Source of the DNA: the human T2T-CHM13v2.0 reference genome, Homo sapiens
DNA: 64,000 bases
NCBI RefSeq assembly: GCF_009914755.1
Contig: NC_060939.1
Strand: one strand, 5' to 3'
Position numbers and translations under genes: made by a program. Below the pieces are notes generated by a model that had not been told where the DNA came from, made no database searches, and saw nothing but the letters and a program-made list of their open reading frames with translations. Below, one piece after another: positions 43,481-60,125 of the stretch. How positions within the stretch are numbered: the first letter of the stretch is position 1; every line of letters begins with the position of its first letter.

Positions 43481-46211
43481 TGAATTTTAGAATTAGCTTT
43501 TATATTTCTGCGCAAAAAAAAAAGGCGGTTGGAATTTTGTTAGGAATTAGATTGAATCTGCAAATCAATTAGGGATACTCAGTGTCCTTTGACCTACATC
43601 TTCCCATTCCCCTGCCCCATAACTCTGGTCTTGGTAACCACTGTTTTATTCTCTATATATTTGACCTTTTAAAAAAGATTCCACATGTAAGTGAGACTAT
43701 GCAATATGTTTTGTGTCTGACTTAATTCACTTAGTGTAATGTCCTCCAGGTCCATCCATGCAGGGACAAATGGCAGGAGTTCCTCTTTTTTAAGGCTGAA
43801 TAAAATATTCCATTGTATATATACCACAGCTTCCTTATTCATTTGTCCATTGATGGACACCTAGATTGTTTCCATATCTTGGTTATTGTGACTAATTCTG
43901 CATTAAACATGGGAGTGCAGTATTTTTATGAGGTGGTCATTTCATTTCTGTTGGGTATGTACCCAGAAGAGGGATTGCTGGGCCATATGGTAGGTCTATT
44001 TTTTAATTTTCTGAAACTTCCATACGGTTTTTCATAATGGCTATACCAATCTACATTCCCACCAACAGAGTTGATACAAGGGGTACAAAGGGTTCTCTTT
44101 TCTCCACACTCTCACTAGCACCCGTTATCTCTTGTATTTTTTAATAATAGCCATCCTAACAGGTGCGAGATGGCATCTCATAGTGGTTTCATTTACACTT
44201 CTCTGATTGGTGTTGTTGAACTCCTTTTCATGTACTGTTGGCCATTTGTATGTCTCTTTGGAGAAATGTCTGTTCAAGTCCTTTGCCCATTTTTAAATTG
44301 GGTTATATGTTTTCTTGCTATTGAGTTGCATGAGTTCTTTATACATCTTGGATATTAACCCCTTATCTGATACATGGATTTTTCTAATCTGTAGGTTGCC
44401 TTTTCATTTTGTTGATTATTTTCTTTGCTGGGCAGAAGCTTTTTAGTTTGATGTAGTCCCATTTATTTATTTTTGTTTTTGTAGCCTGAGCTTTTGATGT
44501 GATATCTAAGAAATCATTGCCGAGGCCAATGTCAAAGAGCTTTACCCTTCTAGGAGTTTTAGAGTTCCAGGTCTTAGGTTTAGGTCTTTTCTTTTATCCT
44601 ACACAAAAATCAACTCAAAATGGATAAGAATCCAGTGTAGGGTAACAGTCCAGTTTTATTCTTCTGCATGTGGAAATCAGTTTTCCCAGGACCATTTATT
44701 GAAGAGACCATCCTTTCCTCATTGTCTTTCTTGGTGCCCTTGTTGAAAATTAGTTCACTAATTATGACTGGATTTATTCCTGTACTCTATTCCACCGGTC
44801 AGTATGTCTGGTTTTATGCCAGTACCATAGTGTTTGATTACTATAGCTTTGTAATACAATTTTGAATTGGGAAGTGTGATGCCTCCACCTTTTTTTTCCT
44901 CAAAATTAATTTGGCTGTTTGGAGTCTTTTGTGGTTCCATGTGAGTTTTGGGATTCTTTTTGCTATTTCTATGAAGAATATCATTGGGGTTTTGGTATGG
45001 ATTGCATTGAATCTATATATTGCTCTAGGCAGTACGGACGTTTTAAAAACATCAATTCTTCCAATTCATAAGCATGGAATATATTCACTTATTTGTGTCC
45101 TCTTCAATATCTTTCATCAGTGTTTTATAGTTTCAGTATACAGGTCTTTCACTTCCTTGGTTAAATTTATTCCTAAGTATTTTTTTTATGCTTCTGTAAT
45201 TAGGATTGTTTTCTTGATTTCTTTTTCAGTTTGACCATTATTTGCATATAGAAATGCTACAGATTTTTGTATATTGATTTTGTATTTTGTAACTTTACAT
45301 AATTCATTTATTAGATCTAACAGGTTTTTTTTTTTTGGTGGACTCTTTGGCATTTTCTACATATAGGATTATGCCATCTTCAAATAGAGATAAGTTTACT
45401 TCTTCCTTTTTGATTTGGGTATCTTTTTATTATTTTTTTCTTGTCTAATTGCTCTTGATAGAACTTCCAGTACTATGCTGAAAAGAAGTGGTGAGAGTGG
45501 GCTTCCTTGCCCTGTACCAGATTTGAGAGGAAAAAGCTTTGTTTCTCCCCATTGTTTATGATGTTAGCTGTGTCTTTTTGATGACTAGCTTTTATTATCT
45601 TGAAGAACTTTCCTTCTATACTTAAACTGTTAAGAGTTTTTTTTATTATGAAATAACGTTGAACTTTGTTGAGTGATTTTTGTGCATCAGTTGATATGAT
45701 CATGTGGTTTTTGTCTTTCAGTCTGTTAATGTGATGTATAACACTGATTGGTTTGCATAAGTTAAAACAGCCTTGCATGACACTTGATCATGATGTGCAA
45801 TATTTTTGATGTGTTATTGAACTCAATTTGCTCCTCAAATTTTATTGTGGATTTTCACATCAATGTTTATCAGAGATATTGGCTTGTAGTTTTCTTTTCT
45901 TGTGGTGTCTTAGTCTGGCTTAGGTATCAAGGTGATGTTGGTCTTATACAATGTGTTAGGGAGTATTTCTCCCAGTTCTATTTTTTGGAAGTGTTAAGGA
46001 AGCGTTGATATTAATTCTTTGAAAGTTTGGTAGAATTCATCTGTAAAGCCATTTGGTCCTGGGCTTTTCTTTGTTGGGAGATTTTAAATTACCACTTCAA
46101 TCTCTGCTGTAATAGCTCCAATTTCATTTCTTATTTTATGTATTTGAGTCTATTCACCTTTTTACTTAGTCTAGCTAAGGGCTTTTTTTTTTTTTTCAAA
46201 AAACCAACTCC

Positions 46212-46251
<40 letters not shown>

Positions 46252-46535
46252 TTGAGGGGGAGTCTCACTCTGTTGCCCAGGCTGGAGTGCAGTGGTGCGA
46301 TCTTTTTTTACTGCAACCTCCACCTTCTGGGTTCAAGCAATCCTGCTGACTCAGGCTCCCAAGTAACTGGGACTACAGGCATATGCCACTACACCCAGCT
46401 AATTTTTGTACTTGTAGTAGAGACGGGGTTTCACCACGTTGGCCAGACTGATCTCGAACTCCTGACCTCAAGTGATCCACCCTCCTAGGTCTCCCAGAGT
46501 GCTGGGATTATGGGCATGAGCCACTGTGCCCAGCC
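46212..46535 (-). mobile_element. Alu with (ATT)n tail
   Basis: Reverse-complement Alu; (ATT)n at 46212-46250. Confidence 0.93.
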
Positions 46536-46673
46536 TACTCTTATTATTGAATTTTTCCCTATGGTTTTTCTGTTCTCTATTTGGCTTATTTCTGCTCAGA
46601 TTATTATTTCCTGCCTTCTGCTAACTTTGGGTTTAATCTGTTCTTTCTCTAGTTCCTTGGGGCATAATATTAG

Positions 46674-46893
<220 letters not shown>

Positions 46894-48562
46894 GTGCATT
46901 TTTCTTGTGGCAGTTCTTGACTTGAAGTCTATTTTATCTGCTGTGATTATAGCTGCACTGCTTTCTTTTGGTTATCATTTGCATGAAATATCTTTTAACC
47001 CTTCATTTTCAGTCAGTTTGTCCCTAAGGCTAGTGTGGGTCTCTTGTAGGCAGCATATCCTTAACCTTATTATTAAAAAAAAATCCATTTAGCCACTCTG
47101 TCTTTTGATTAAAGAATTTAATCCACTTACTACATTCAAAGTAATTATTGATGGGTAAGGACTTACTACTGCCACTTTTTTGTTTTCTGGTTGTTTTGTA
47201 GATCCTTTGTTCCTTTCTCTCTTGTTCATCTTTGATTTGATGAGTTTCTGTAGCACTATTATTATTTCTTTCTCTTTACTTTGTGTATCTGCTATACTTT
47301 TTTTTTCTTTGTGGTTACCATAAGGCTTACGTAAAACTATAGACTATTTCATACTGAAAACACCTTAATTTCAGTCACATACAAAAACATTAGACTTTTA
47401 CCCTCCCTCATTTATATTTCTGATGTTGCAGTTTACATCATTTTATATTATGTATCTCTTAATATAGCTTTTTTTTCTTTGACTATTTTGGTCTTTAACC
47501 TTTATACTATCTGTATCTATATATACTTTATAGAACTATATATAACAATATTAGAATATTCTAGAGTTGACTATATATTTACCTTTACCAGTGAATTTTA
47601 TACTTTCATATGTTTCCATGTTAGTTATTAGTGTCCTTTTATTTCCACTTAAAGAACTCCCTTAGACATCTCTTGTAAGGAAGGTCTAGTGGTAATAAAT
47701 TCCTTCAACTTTTGTTTGTCTGGGAAAGATTATTTCTCATTTATTTCTGAAGGACAGCTTTGCTGAGTATAGCAGTATAGTTAGCAGTTTCTTTTCAGCA
47801 CTTCGAATATGTCATTCCATTCTCTCCTGCCCTACAAGGTGTGTGCTGAGAAATGCACTGATGGTCTAATTGGCATTCCCTTATGTGACTTGACATTTTT
47901 CTGCTACTGCTTTTAAAATGTTGTCATTGACTTTTGATAGTTTAATTATAATGTGTCTTAGAGTGGACTTCTTTGGGTTGAATCTATTTGGGAAAAGTTG
48001 AGCTTTGTGTATCTGAATATCCATGTATCTTCCAAGGCTTATGAAGTTTTCAGCAATTTATTATATAAGCTTTCTTTCTCTATCTTTGTCTCTTCTCCTT
48101 CTGGAACTTTCATAATGCAAATATTTGTTCTTTTAATGGCATCCCACAGGTCCTATAAGCTGTCTTCACTCTTTTTCATTCTTTGTTTTCCCTCCTCTGA
48201 CTAATTTTAAAAGACTCATCTTCAAGTTCAAAGATTCGTTCTTCTCCTTGATCTAGTTTGCTGTTTAAGCTTTCTATTGTATGTTTTATTTTGTTAACTA
48301 AATTTTTTAGCTCCAAGGTTTGATTAAATTTTTATGATATCTCTTTTGTTGAATTTCTCATTCAGATAATGAACTGTTTTCCTAATTTCATTGAATTGTC
48401 TATCTGTATTCTCTTATATCTGAGTTTTCTTAAGGTCACTATTTTGAATTCCTTTTTAGGCAATTTGTAAACTTCCCTTTCTGGGGAGGGGGGAAGGTCA
48501 GTTGCCTGAGAATTATTATGTTCCTTTGGTGGTATCATGTTTCCTGGCTTTTTCTTCTTCCT

Positions 48563-48902
48563 TTTTTTGGGGGAGGAGGGGAGTGGGGCAGTGTCCCATT
48601 GTCACCCAGGCTAGAGTGCAGTGCATGATCATGGCTCACTGCAGCCTTAACCTCTCAGGCTCAAGCAATCCTCCCACCTCAGCTTTCTGAGTGGCTGTGA
48701 TCTCAGGCATGTGCCACCATGCCTGAGTAATTTTTTTATTTTACATTTTTTTTGTAGAGATAGGGTCTTCCTATGTTACCCAGAGTGGGTAACATAGGAA
48801 GTTATGGGGAACATATTCAAACTCCTGGGCTCAAGTAATCCTCCTGCCTCAGCCTCTCAATGTGTTTGTTGGGATTACAGGCATGAGCCACCATGTCTGG
48901 CC
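48563..48902 (-). mobile_element. Alu (AluJ-like) with an internal palindromic insertion
   Basis: Reverse-complement Alu; extra sequence at 48783-48816. Confidence 0.88.
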
Positions 48903-51045
48903 TTTTCTGGCTTTTTCATGTTTCTTGTGTTCCTGCATTGATGTCTGCACATCTGATGGAATGATTACCTTTTCCAAACTTTACAGAGTGGTTTTTGCAG
49001 GGAAAGTCTTAGTATACCAGTTGGGAAGAATATGGTGGTTCTACTCTGCATCTGAGTAGACACAGTAGTATAACCTCCATGCAGCTGCTTCAGCTACGAT
49101 CAACATCAGCAATGACTGGGTGCCTCAGTAGCCTAGGCTATAGCAATATGTGGCAGCAGCAGTGGCAGTGTAGGTTGTTAGGATCCCAGGTGGCAACAGC
49201 TTTTGGGGTCCTCCTGTTTTTCTTTTCCCCACAATGAGAAGACTAGCTGAGAGGACCCCTTTTGATGTTCTGACACAGCCCACGAGCAGCTGCAGCAGCG
49301 TGGGGTTCCAGGTCACAGGTGACAAGAGCAAATGTGGAGCTTGGGCCCTGGACTCAGGGTCTTGAGAACGAACTGTGGCACCTGGGTCTTGGGGTACAGG
49401 TTCAATCTCTGAAGGAAGGGTTGCATGCAGACTGCCCACAGAGCCAGAGTCTATAATCTGAGGCAACTCCCAGCAGCTTGAACCCAGGCGGCCGGGTTGT
49501 AGCTGTGACTCCGACTCTAGGGGTTAGGGAATAGCACTGGCCTAGCTTCATAGAAGAAGGGGAGCTCTGGAGGTGTGAGCCTGGGCATCAGGGGTACAGC
49601 TGCAATTCAGGAACCAGAGCCAATAGGGTACAATGGCAACTCAGGCGTAGGGGGGATGAAACACCATGTAGTCATGACTCTGGACCCTGGGATGGTGGGA
49701 AATGGGAGGCTCGGTAAGGCAAGGTGAGGCTGCAACAAGGATCTCAGATTAGCAGAGTTCAGCTTTCACTTGGGTCCACAGCGCCAGTTGGGGAGGGGGA
49801 GGCAGGGAGAAGTACGACAATGGCACTATTCCTTGTGAGTGAAATGTCTCAGCAGCTCAGACTCTAGGGGTGAGTCCAGTTCCAGAGAAGCAAGGTACTA
49901 CAGTTATTTGCCCAGTAGGATGGGGTGTCGCAGCTTAGCCACTGCCCTATTTCCCTGGGACACAGGGGACCATGTCAGTTCATCCCTGGGATGTGCCACT
50001 GCTTAGCTTGGCCAAGGCATTAATTACACCGGAGGTGATGCACCATTTCAGCTGAGGCCTGGGGAGTGTGGCTGCTCTGGGCAGTCAGGGCACCATTTGC
50101 TGGAATGCAGGGTGCCACTTCAGTTCTGGCCTGGAGAGTATGGATGCTCTAGACAGCCAATGTAGCATTTCCCCAGGATGCAGTGTGCCACTTCAGCTCA
50201 GGCCTGGAGGGGCAGGGCACAGTAGCAACTGGGAGTGGTAGATGAAGTAGTTCTACAGTAGCATGGCCGCATGGGGTAGGGTGTAGCAGCAGCTCTTCTC
50301 AGGGATGGCAGACCACCAGGCAGGGATGGCCCAGTGGTGTCAAGGCCTCAGGGATGGAAAGGTGCTGAGGGTGCTGTGATCACTCACTCCTGGAGCAGGA
50401 CACACTCCAGCAGTGATTCTGGTTCCAAGATGTCATAGCACAGTAGCCAGGCCACTGGAGTGGGACACAATGTTGACTCCTTCTCTTGGGGGAGCACAGC
50501 TGTGTGAACTCCAGGCAACTCCCTAGGCTGGCCTTAGTGCCTGTGAGAACTACAGGTGTCCAAGGTGATAATGGAGGCTGATGAAGTTCTTACCTTTTCT
50601 CTGTAGGAAATAGTCCCTCCTAGTTTTTAGTTGATCCCAACTGGGAAATGGGGTGGCAGAGGTGAGCTGTGTTCCTTCCTTTCTCCGTGGGGCAATAGTG
50701 GGTTTCTTTGCTCTACAGGGTTTCTGCTACTCCTTTGATGTACTTTGGTGCCCTCCTTTAGTTATTTTCATCAAAAAGTGGTGGTTTGTTTGTTGTTTTG
50801 GCTGTCTTTGTGGGTGGATGAGTGCGAGGGTCTTCAGTCAGTCATCTTGCTGATGTTACTCTAAAACTTCGCTTCTGTTCCTAGTGTGTTGTGTTTTTAT
50901 CATGAAAGAGTGTGGTGTTTTGTCAAGTACTTTTTCTGAATCTGTTGATGATTATGCTTTTCCCCCTCCTTTTTTTGGTTAATATTTAGTTTCTCTCACT
51001 TCTATTGGTATCTTATATTATTAAATTAACATTATCTGATTAATA

Positions 51046-51350
51046 TGTGGTATGCAGAATAATGACAACTCAAAGAGGCCCAAGTCCTAATCTTCAGAAC
51101 CTATAAATATATTATCTTATGTGGTAAAAGTAACCTGTAGATGTTAGGTTAAGGTTCTTGAGGTGGGGAGATTTTCTTGGATTATCTGGGTGGAACTAAT
51201 GCAATCACAAGAGTACTTATAGAAAAGATATAGGAAAATCAGAATCAGAGAAGATGATGTAATGATAGAAACAGAGTTTTAAAGATGCTATCTAGTTTGT
51301 GTCACCAGATTTATGGTAACTTGTTACAGCAGCCATAGGAAACTAAAGCA
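51046..51350 (+). mobile_element. MLT1D-like LTR, internally deleted
   Basis: CAGAATAATG...GTCCTAATC...GAACCT...GGGGAGATT...GGATTATCTGGGTGG...TTGTTACAGCAGCCATAGGAAACTAA. Confidence 0.75.
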
Positions 51351-51501
51351 ATTACATTGGTTGATTTTTCATATGTTGAACCAAGGTTGCATTCCCAGGA
51401 TAAATCCCACTTGGTCATAGTGTTTAATTCTTGTAATATACTGCTATATTCTGTTTGCTACTATTTTGTTGAGGACTTTTGAATCTATACTCATAGGGAC
51501 A

Positions 51502-51811
<310 letters not shown>

Positions 51812-53463
51812 TCATGAGGAATATTGACCCATAGTTTTCTTTTAATGACTTTGTCTGATTTTGGCGTCAAGGTAATATCGGCCTCATATAATGAGTTGAA
51901 AAATGTTCCCTTATTTTCTATTTTTGGGTAACTTGGTCAAAGATTAGTTAGCTCATAAATAGTTTGGTAGAACTCACTAGTGAAGCCGTTTGGTCCTAGC
52001 CTTTTTCTGTGTGTGTTGAAAGTGTTTTGATTACTGACTCAATCTCTTTACTTGTCATAATCGATTCATATTTTCTATTTTTTCTTGAAGTAGTTTTGGC
52101 AATTTTTACCTTTCTAAAAATTTGTCAACTTCATCTAGATTATCTAATTTTTTGGCATTCAGTTCATAATATTCCCTTATATCCTTTTTATTTCTGTAAG
52201 TTTGGTAGTAATATCATCTTCATTTCTGGTTTTAATACTTTGAGTCTTCTTTTCTTTTTTGGGCAACATAGCTAATAGTTTGTCATTTGTGTTGATTTTT
52301 TTAAAATAATTTTTATGGTCATTGATTTTTTTCTCTCATTTTTCTATTTCCACGCTTATTTTTATTATTCAATTTCTTATGCTTGCTTTCAGTTTAGTCT
52401 GTACTTCATGTCCAGTTTCTTAATGTTGAAGGGTAGGTTATTTACTTTTTTTGAAGTGAAAGCTTGTGTAGCTAAAAATATCTCTTTGAGCACCGTTCTA
52501 AGTGCATTCAATAAGTTTTGGAATGTGTCTTCATTTTCATTTATCTCAAAGTATGTTCTAATTTTCCTAACACTTTCTCCTTTGATTCATTGGTTATTTA
52601 GGAGTATGTTGTTTAATTTCACATATTTGTGCATTTCCCAAATTTCTCTCTATTATAGATTTCTAATTCCATTATAGTTGGAGAACATGCTTTGTATGAT
52701 TTGAATCCTTTTAATTTACTGAGACTTGTTTTATGGCCTAGCATATGGATAATGTTCCCTATGCACTTGAGAAGAATGTGTATTCTGATATTGTTGGGTG
52801 GAGTTCTATAAATATCTGTTAAATATAGTAGATTGATGACATTGTTCAACTGTTGTATTTTATAAGTTTGTAATTGTTAGATTGTCTTGATGGATTGACC
52901 CTTTTATCATTATAAAATTATTTCCTTGTCTCTAGTAACAATTTTTGACTGAAAGTCAATTTTGTCTGAAATAATTATAGCCACTCCAACTCTCCTTTGG
53001 TTACTGTTTGTGTGGCACATCTTTTGCTATCCTTTTATTAATTCTTTCAACCTATATGCGTCTTTGAATCTAAAGTGAGTCTCTCATAGATAACAGTCGG
53101 ATCATGTTTTTATTTTAAATCCATTCTGACAATCTATGCCTTTTAATTAGAGAGTTTAATACATTTATATTTAATTTAATTACTGATAGGGTAGAATTTA
53201 TGTATGCCATTCTGCTGTTTGGTTTTCTATTAAGTCTTATATCTTTTTCTTCTTCAATTCCATCATTACTGCCTTTTCTGTTAAAAAGATATTTTCTATG
53301 TACAATCTCAATTCCCTTGTTTTTTCTTTAACAATATATTTTTGAGTTATTTTCTTAGTGGTTGCCCTGGGAGTTTACCATTAACGTCTTGATTTATAGT
53401 AATCCAGTATGTAATAATATCAACTTAATTTTAATAGTATACAAAAACTTTGTTACTATATAG

Positions 53464-53883
<420 letters not shown>

Positions 53884-53884
53884 T

Positions 53885-54025
53885 AAAACAACCTGAAAGT
53901 TAGGTATATTTATTCTCATTTTATAGATGATGAAATTGGCAGATAGTGTAGTTAAGTACCTTCTCTAAGGTATAAATGCTTAAAAAAGGGATGACTGAGA
54001 TTCAAGCCCAGGTTTTCCTTACTCA
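53885..54025 (-). mobile_element. MIR
   Basis: CTCATTTTATAGATGATGAAATTG...GATTCAAGCCCAGGT. Confidence 0.7.
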
Positions 54026-54306
54026 GTTTATTTTTACTTTCAACCACAAGTATCTCTTCCTCTATTTCCCATCTCTATCATAATGACTTGGCAAACCTTA
54101 CCTCTTCAACTTCTGCCAGGCTATGTAAGGTTAGAAGTTTCTTTCTTTTTTTTTTTTTAACACCAAAGTTTCTCTCTCATGTAATAGTGAAATGCAGGGT
54201 GTCTATAGATGATACAGAGTTTCATGATATTGGGGTATAGATTTTTTCTCATTGCTCTGGTAGTTTCTTTTAAATCTCTTTCCTTTGATATCTACTGTAA
54301 TAGGAA

Positions 54307-54588
54307 TTTTTTTTTTTTTTTTGAGATGGAGTCTTGCTCTGTCACCCAGGCTGGAGTGCAGTGGCACGATCTTGGCTCACTGCAAACTTCGCCTCCTGGG
54401 TTCAAGCAATTCTTTGCCTCAGCCTCGCAAGTAGCGCCCACTACCACACCTGGCTAATTTTTGTATTTTTAGTAGAGATGGGGTTTCACCATTTTGGCCA
54501 GGCTGGTCTTGAACTCCTGACCTCATGATCTACCCACTTCGGCCTCCCAAAGTGTTGGGATTGCAGGAGCGAGCCACCGTGCCTGGTC
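54307..54588 (-). mobile_element. Alu (AluS)
   Basis: Reverse-complement Alu; flanks AATAGGAATT and AATAGGACTT. Confidence 0.93.
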
Positions 54589-54611
54589 AATAGGACTTCT
54601 TAAAAATGAAT

Positions 54612-56780
<2,169 letters not shown>

Positions 56781-59095
56781 TTCTCATATAGGTCACAGTG
56801 TATTTCTTTTATGCTCTTATTATAAATTACATTTCTATACATTATGTGTCCATTGACAGAGGCTTGTTTCATATAGTTTTCTCCTATTTTAAAACAAATA
56901 GGAGAAAAGGAGTTACAAAAATTCCAGTTGTACTGTCTTTTATATCTACCTATGTAGTTACCTTTATCAGTGCTGTTTATTTCTTCATGTGGATTCACAT
57001 TTCATTGCCACCTGTCCCCCCTGTCTTCACATTCATTCCCTCTCACTGTCTGATGTATCTTCCTTCCCTACAGTTTCAGACATCCTTCCATTCCACCTGG
57101 CAGGCCTGTAAGAGTTTCACTTCCTGCCCATGCAGCCAGTGACCCCTGCTGCCTTTGGAAATCACTGGTTACAGGTTGCCTTTTCTCCCTGCCCTCATCC
57201 AAAGCACAATGTGAAGGCATCTATTTCCCAGTCTGTGGGAATATGATCCACTTGAAGGCAAACTGACTTTTTAAAAAATCATATTTCCCATCCTCTCACT
57301 AGGAGGCTGAAGCAGTAACCTCTAAAGTGTCTGTTCTACTCTAGCTAATTGCACGTGGCTAGCAACCATTAAACAAAGCAGTTGCCCCCATAAGCAGATA
57401 TTGGGCTCCAGTAGGGATGCTGTAAAACACAGGGTGGACTTAGTAATGGGTTTCTGGTAGGAACAGACCACCGGGGCTGGCCATTAACACTACGTTACTC
57501 AGGGCTATTGTTCATGGACTAATCAATTGTGAATTAGAGTTCTGAGCCATGTATAACTTATTTGTGGCATGGCGTCACCATTAATCATGTTCTGGAATGC
57601 CAAGAAAAGACTGAATTGAGTTATGCATTGAAGGTTTAAGGTTTCTTGAAACCAAGCTCACTTAACAGTATTCATGAGTAGATGACGTACTGTGGTAACC
57701 GGTCCTTGGTATTAGTCCAATTTCGCAGTGATCCCAGGGGCTAGATAGCTGAGCAGATGCTGAGGTTTCTGGAAAACAGTGACTAGTGTTCGGCATGAGT
57801 CTGGGGAGAAACCATATATGGCATATCTTATATTTTCAAAGCTCCAAGTGAGACCAAATGAGAAGGAGAGGTTTAAGATTTCCACATAAAATTCAAATGT
57901 TGTATTGGGCTTGGGGGAGAGAGAGAGGTCAGATTTCCTTGCAGTTTGGAACTTCCTTGGAATTCCATAGTACTAGAAACTGACCTTAACATGAGAGTCA
58001 ACTTTGGAGGGAGAAGACACAAAGCAAGCTCGGAGTTGCAGAGACTTCTAACCTCTAGGTACTTCTTAATGCTCTTGCTACACTATCACCAACAACAATC
58101 ACACTGGCTACCATGTCTTTGGACCTACTGAGTGCCAGGTGCTGTCCTAGGTGTCTTGCAGACATTAACATATGTAGTTTAACGTTCAGAGCAATATTCC
58201 ATGGCAAGTTATATTATCCCTATTTTAAGATGGCAAACCATGTAGCATGTGTACCTGTGGCATTGAACACACACAAATTCCAGGTCGGGGGAGTCCCCAT
58301 GAAGCATGTTCTTGCCACCTCTTCACTGTCTCTATAAATCTATTCTTGGGGCTGGTTCTTCCCCTGACCCTGGATGAAAGTTTTGGTCCATGAATTTTTT
58401 TGGTCTCTCCAAGGTAATAAAAATAGTTTCCCAGTCAACTTTCTCAAGTCAACTTAAGTTGCAAAATATGGTCTCGATTCAGTAATAAAACTATCCAGTT
58501 TCGTGGCATAATACAACTCTGAATTTCGTTTAAAGTTGAATCTATTCTTTCTCTTCTGGCTTCAGGAGGAAGATTGCCTGGGGGAAGAGTCCACAGTAAG
58601 CCTGTTAGAGCTTTCCCCACCTGGGAATTCTTTGTCTTCCATGGGCTGGGGGCAGGTGGAGGGGAAAGGGGACCAGGAAGGTTCCTTCTTGGCAGATACT
58701 GATGTGACTATCAAATATGATTGTTCTCTGGGCCTTGCAAGTGCTCAGAGCTAACTTTGCCTCCTAGAGCACGTTCATAGGTGGCCTGGAGATACACATC
58801 CATCACCCTGTTATCTGCTGACATCTCTCTCCTGCAGGCTGATGTAGAAGATGGGCTTTTCTCTACTTGCGGTTAGTACTCCTTCTTCAGCTCCAGGGAC
58901 GCTGGTGGATCACAGCTGGTATTCTCCTATTGTCTCCTCACCACACAGTCCCCTTGGACAGGACCTAAGCCACCGCACATCAGCTGTCTCTCGTACATGG
59001 CCCCCCACTGTCTCTACTCTGACACACTCTGAAAGTGCAGGCTGATTCTGGTGCAGCTACCTCCCTTCCTCTGCCATCAAAGTAGCTAGGTTGCC

Positions 59096-59475
59096 TGCTA
59101 TAGACTGAATTGTCCCCCTGCCCCCCATTCATATGTTGAACCTTAACCCCCAGTGTGACTGAATTTGGAAACAGGGCCTATAACAAGGTAATTAGGGTTA
59201 AATGAGGCCATAAGGGTGGGGCCCTCATCCGTAGGATTAGTATCCTTATGAGAAGGGACACCGAGAACTCTCCTTCACTCTTTCTCCAAGAGTGCTCAGA
59301 GGAAAGGCCATGGGAGGACACAGCAGCTGTCTGAGAGCCAGGAAGAGCACCCTCGCCAGAAACCAAGCCCTGCTGGATCTTGATCTGGGACTTCCAGCCT
59401 CCAGTACTATGAGAAATAGAGTTCTTTTGTTTAAGCCACTTCTGTGGCTTTCTGTCCTGGCAGCCCCAGCCAACA
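59096..59475 (+). mobile_element. MLT1A-like solo LTR
   Basis: TGCTATAGACTGAATTGTCCCC...ATTCATATGTTGAA...GGTTAAATGAGG.CATAAGGGTGGGGCCCT...GGACTTCCAGCCTCCAG. Confidence 0.88.
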
Positions 59476-59944
59476 AAGGGCCAATCTCTTTCCATCTGGA
59501 TTTCTCAGCTGTGAGCCAGGTACCCATCCACTATGCTGCCTAAACATCTGGGTACGTGTATGGTATGAAGTCCCTTTTGAGGTCTCCATGTAGCCCCTCT
59601 TCTTTTCTAGGCCCAAGATGGGTGGGAGGTACCATCTCCTCATTGGCAGGGCTGGAACGAGGCACACCAGTGGCTATCTCCAAAGAAATATTTTAATCAC
59701 CAAAGCCCAGCTTTTTTACATCCATACCCATGGGTAAGGGGTTTTGGTTTGATGGTTTGGGGTCAGGTATTGTCTTGGGCACATGGTATCTCTGCATATT
59801 GATGTCAGTCCAAACTTCCATTTTCACATTGTTTAGTAACCAGTTGGTGAGAAGCTAGGCCCGTGTCTTGAATCCAGGTCTCTCTGACTAGGATTTGTAG
59901 TCTTTCCAAAACTATATTGCCCTGACTCTCTGAAATACAACGAT

Positions 59945-60125
59945 TTCAGACTGTAAACTCACGAGGGCAGGGCTGTGTCTGTCATGTCTACCACTGTATC
60001 TCTTGACTTCTAACGTGTTTAACACAGAGCCCATGCTATTATGGATGTGGAAGTTGCCACGTGCATGGTGGCCAGTGCAGTGCCTGGCACGTATGAGAAC
60101 TCACTCAATATTTGTTAAAACTGTG
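59945..60125 (+). mobile_element. L2 3' end fragment
   Basis: GACTGTAAACTC..GAGGGCAGGG.CTGTGTCT...CAGTGCCTGGCAC...CTCAATATTTGTT. Confidence 0.7.

Noticed and set aside
57538-57633. Coding-looking SSEPCITYLWHGVTINHVLECQEKTELSYALK as a further upstream exon
   Set aside because: Weak splice sites, and its phase does not join the 57729 acceptor.
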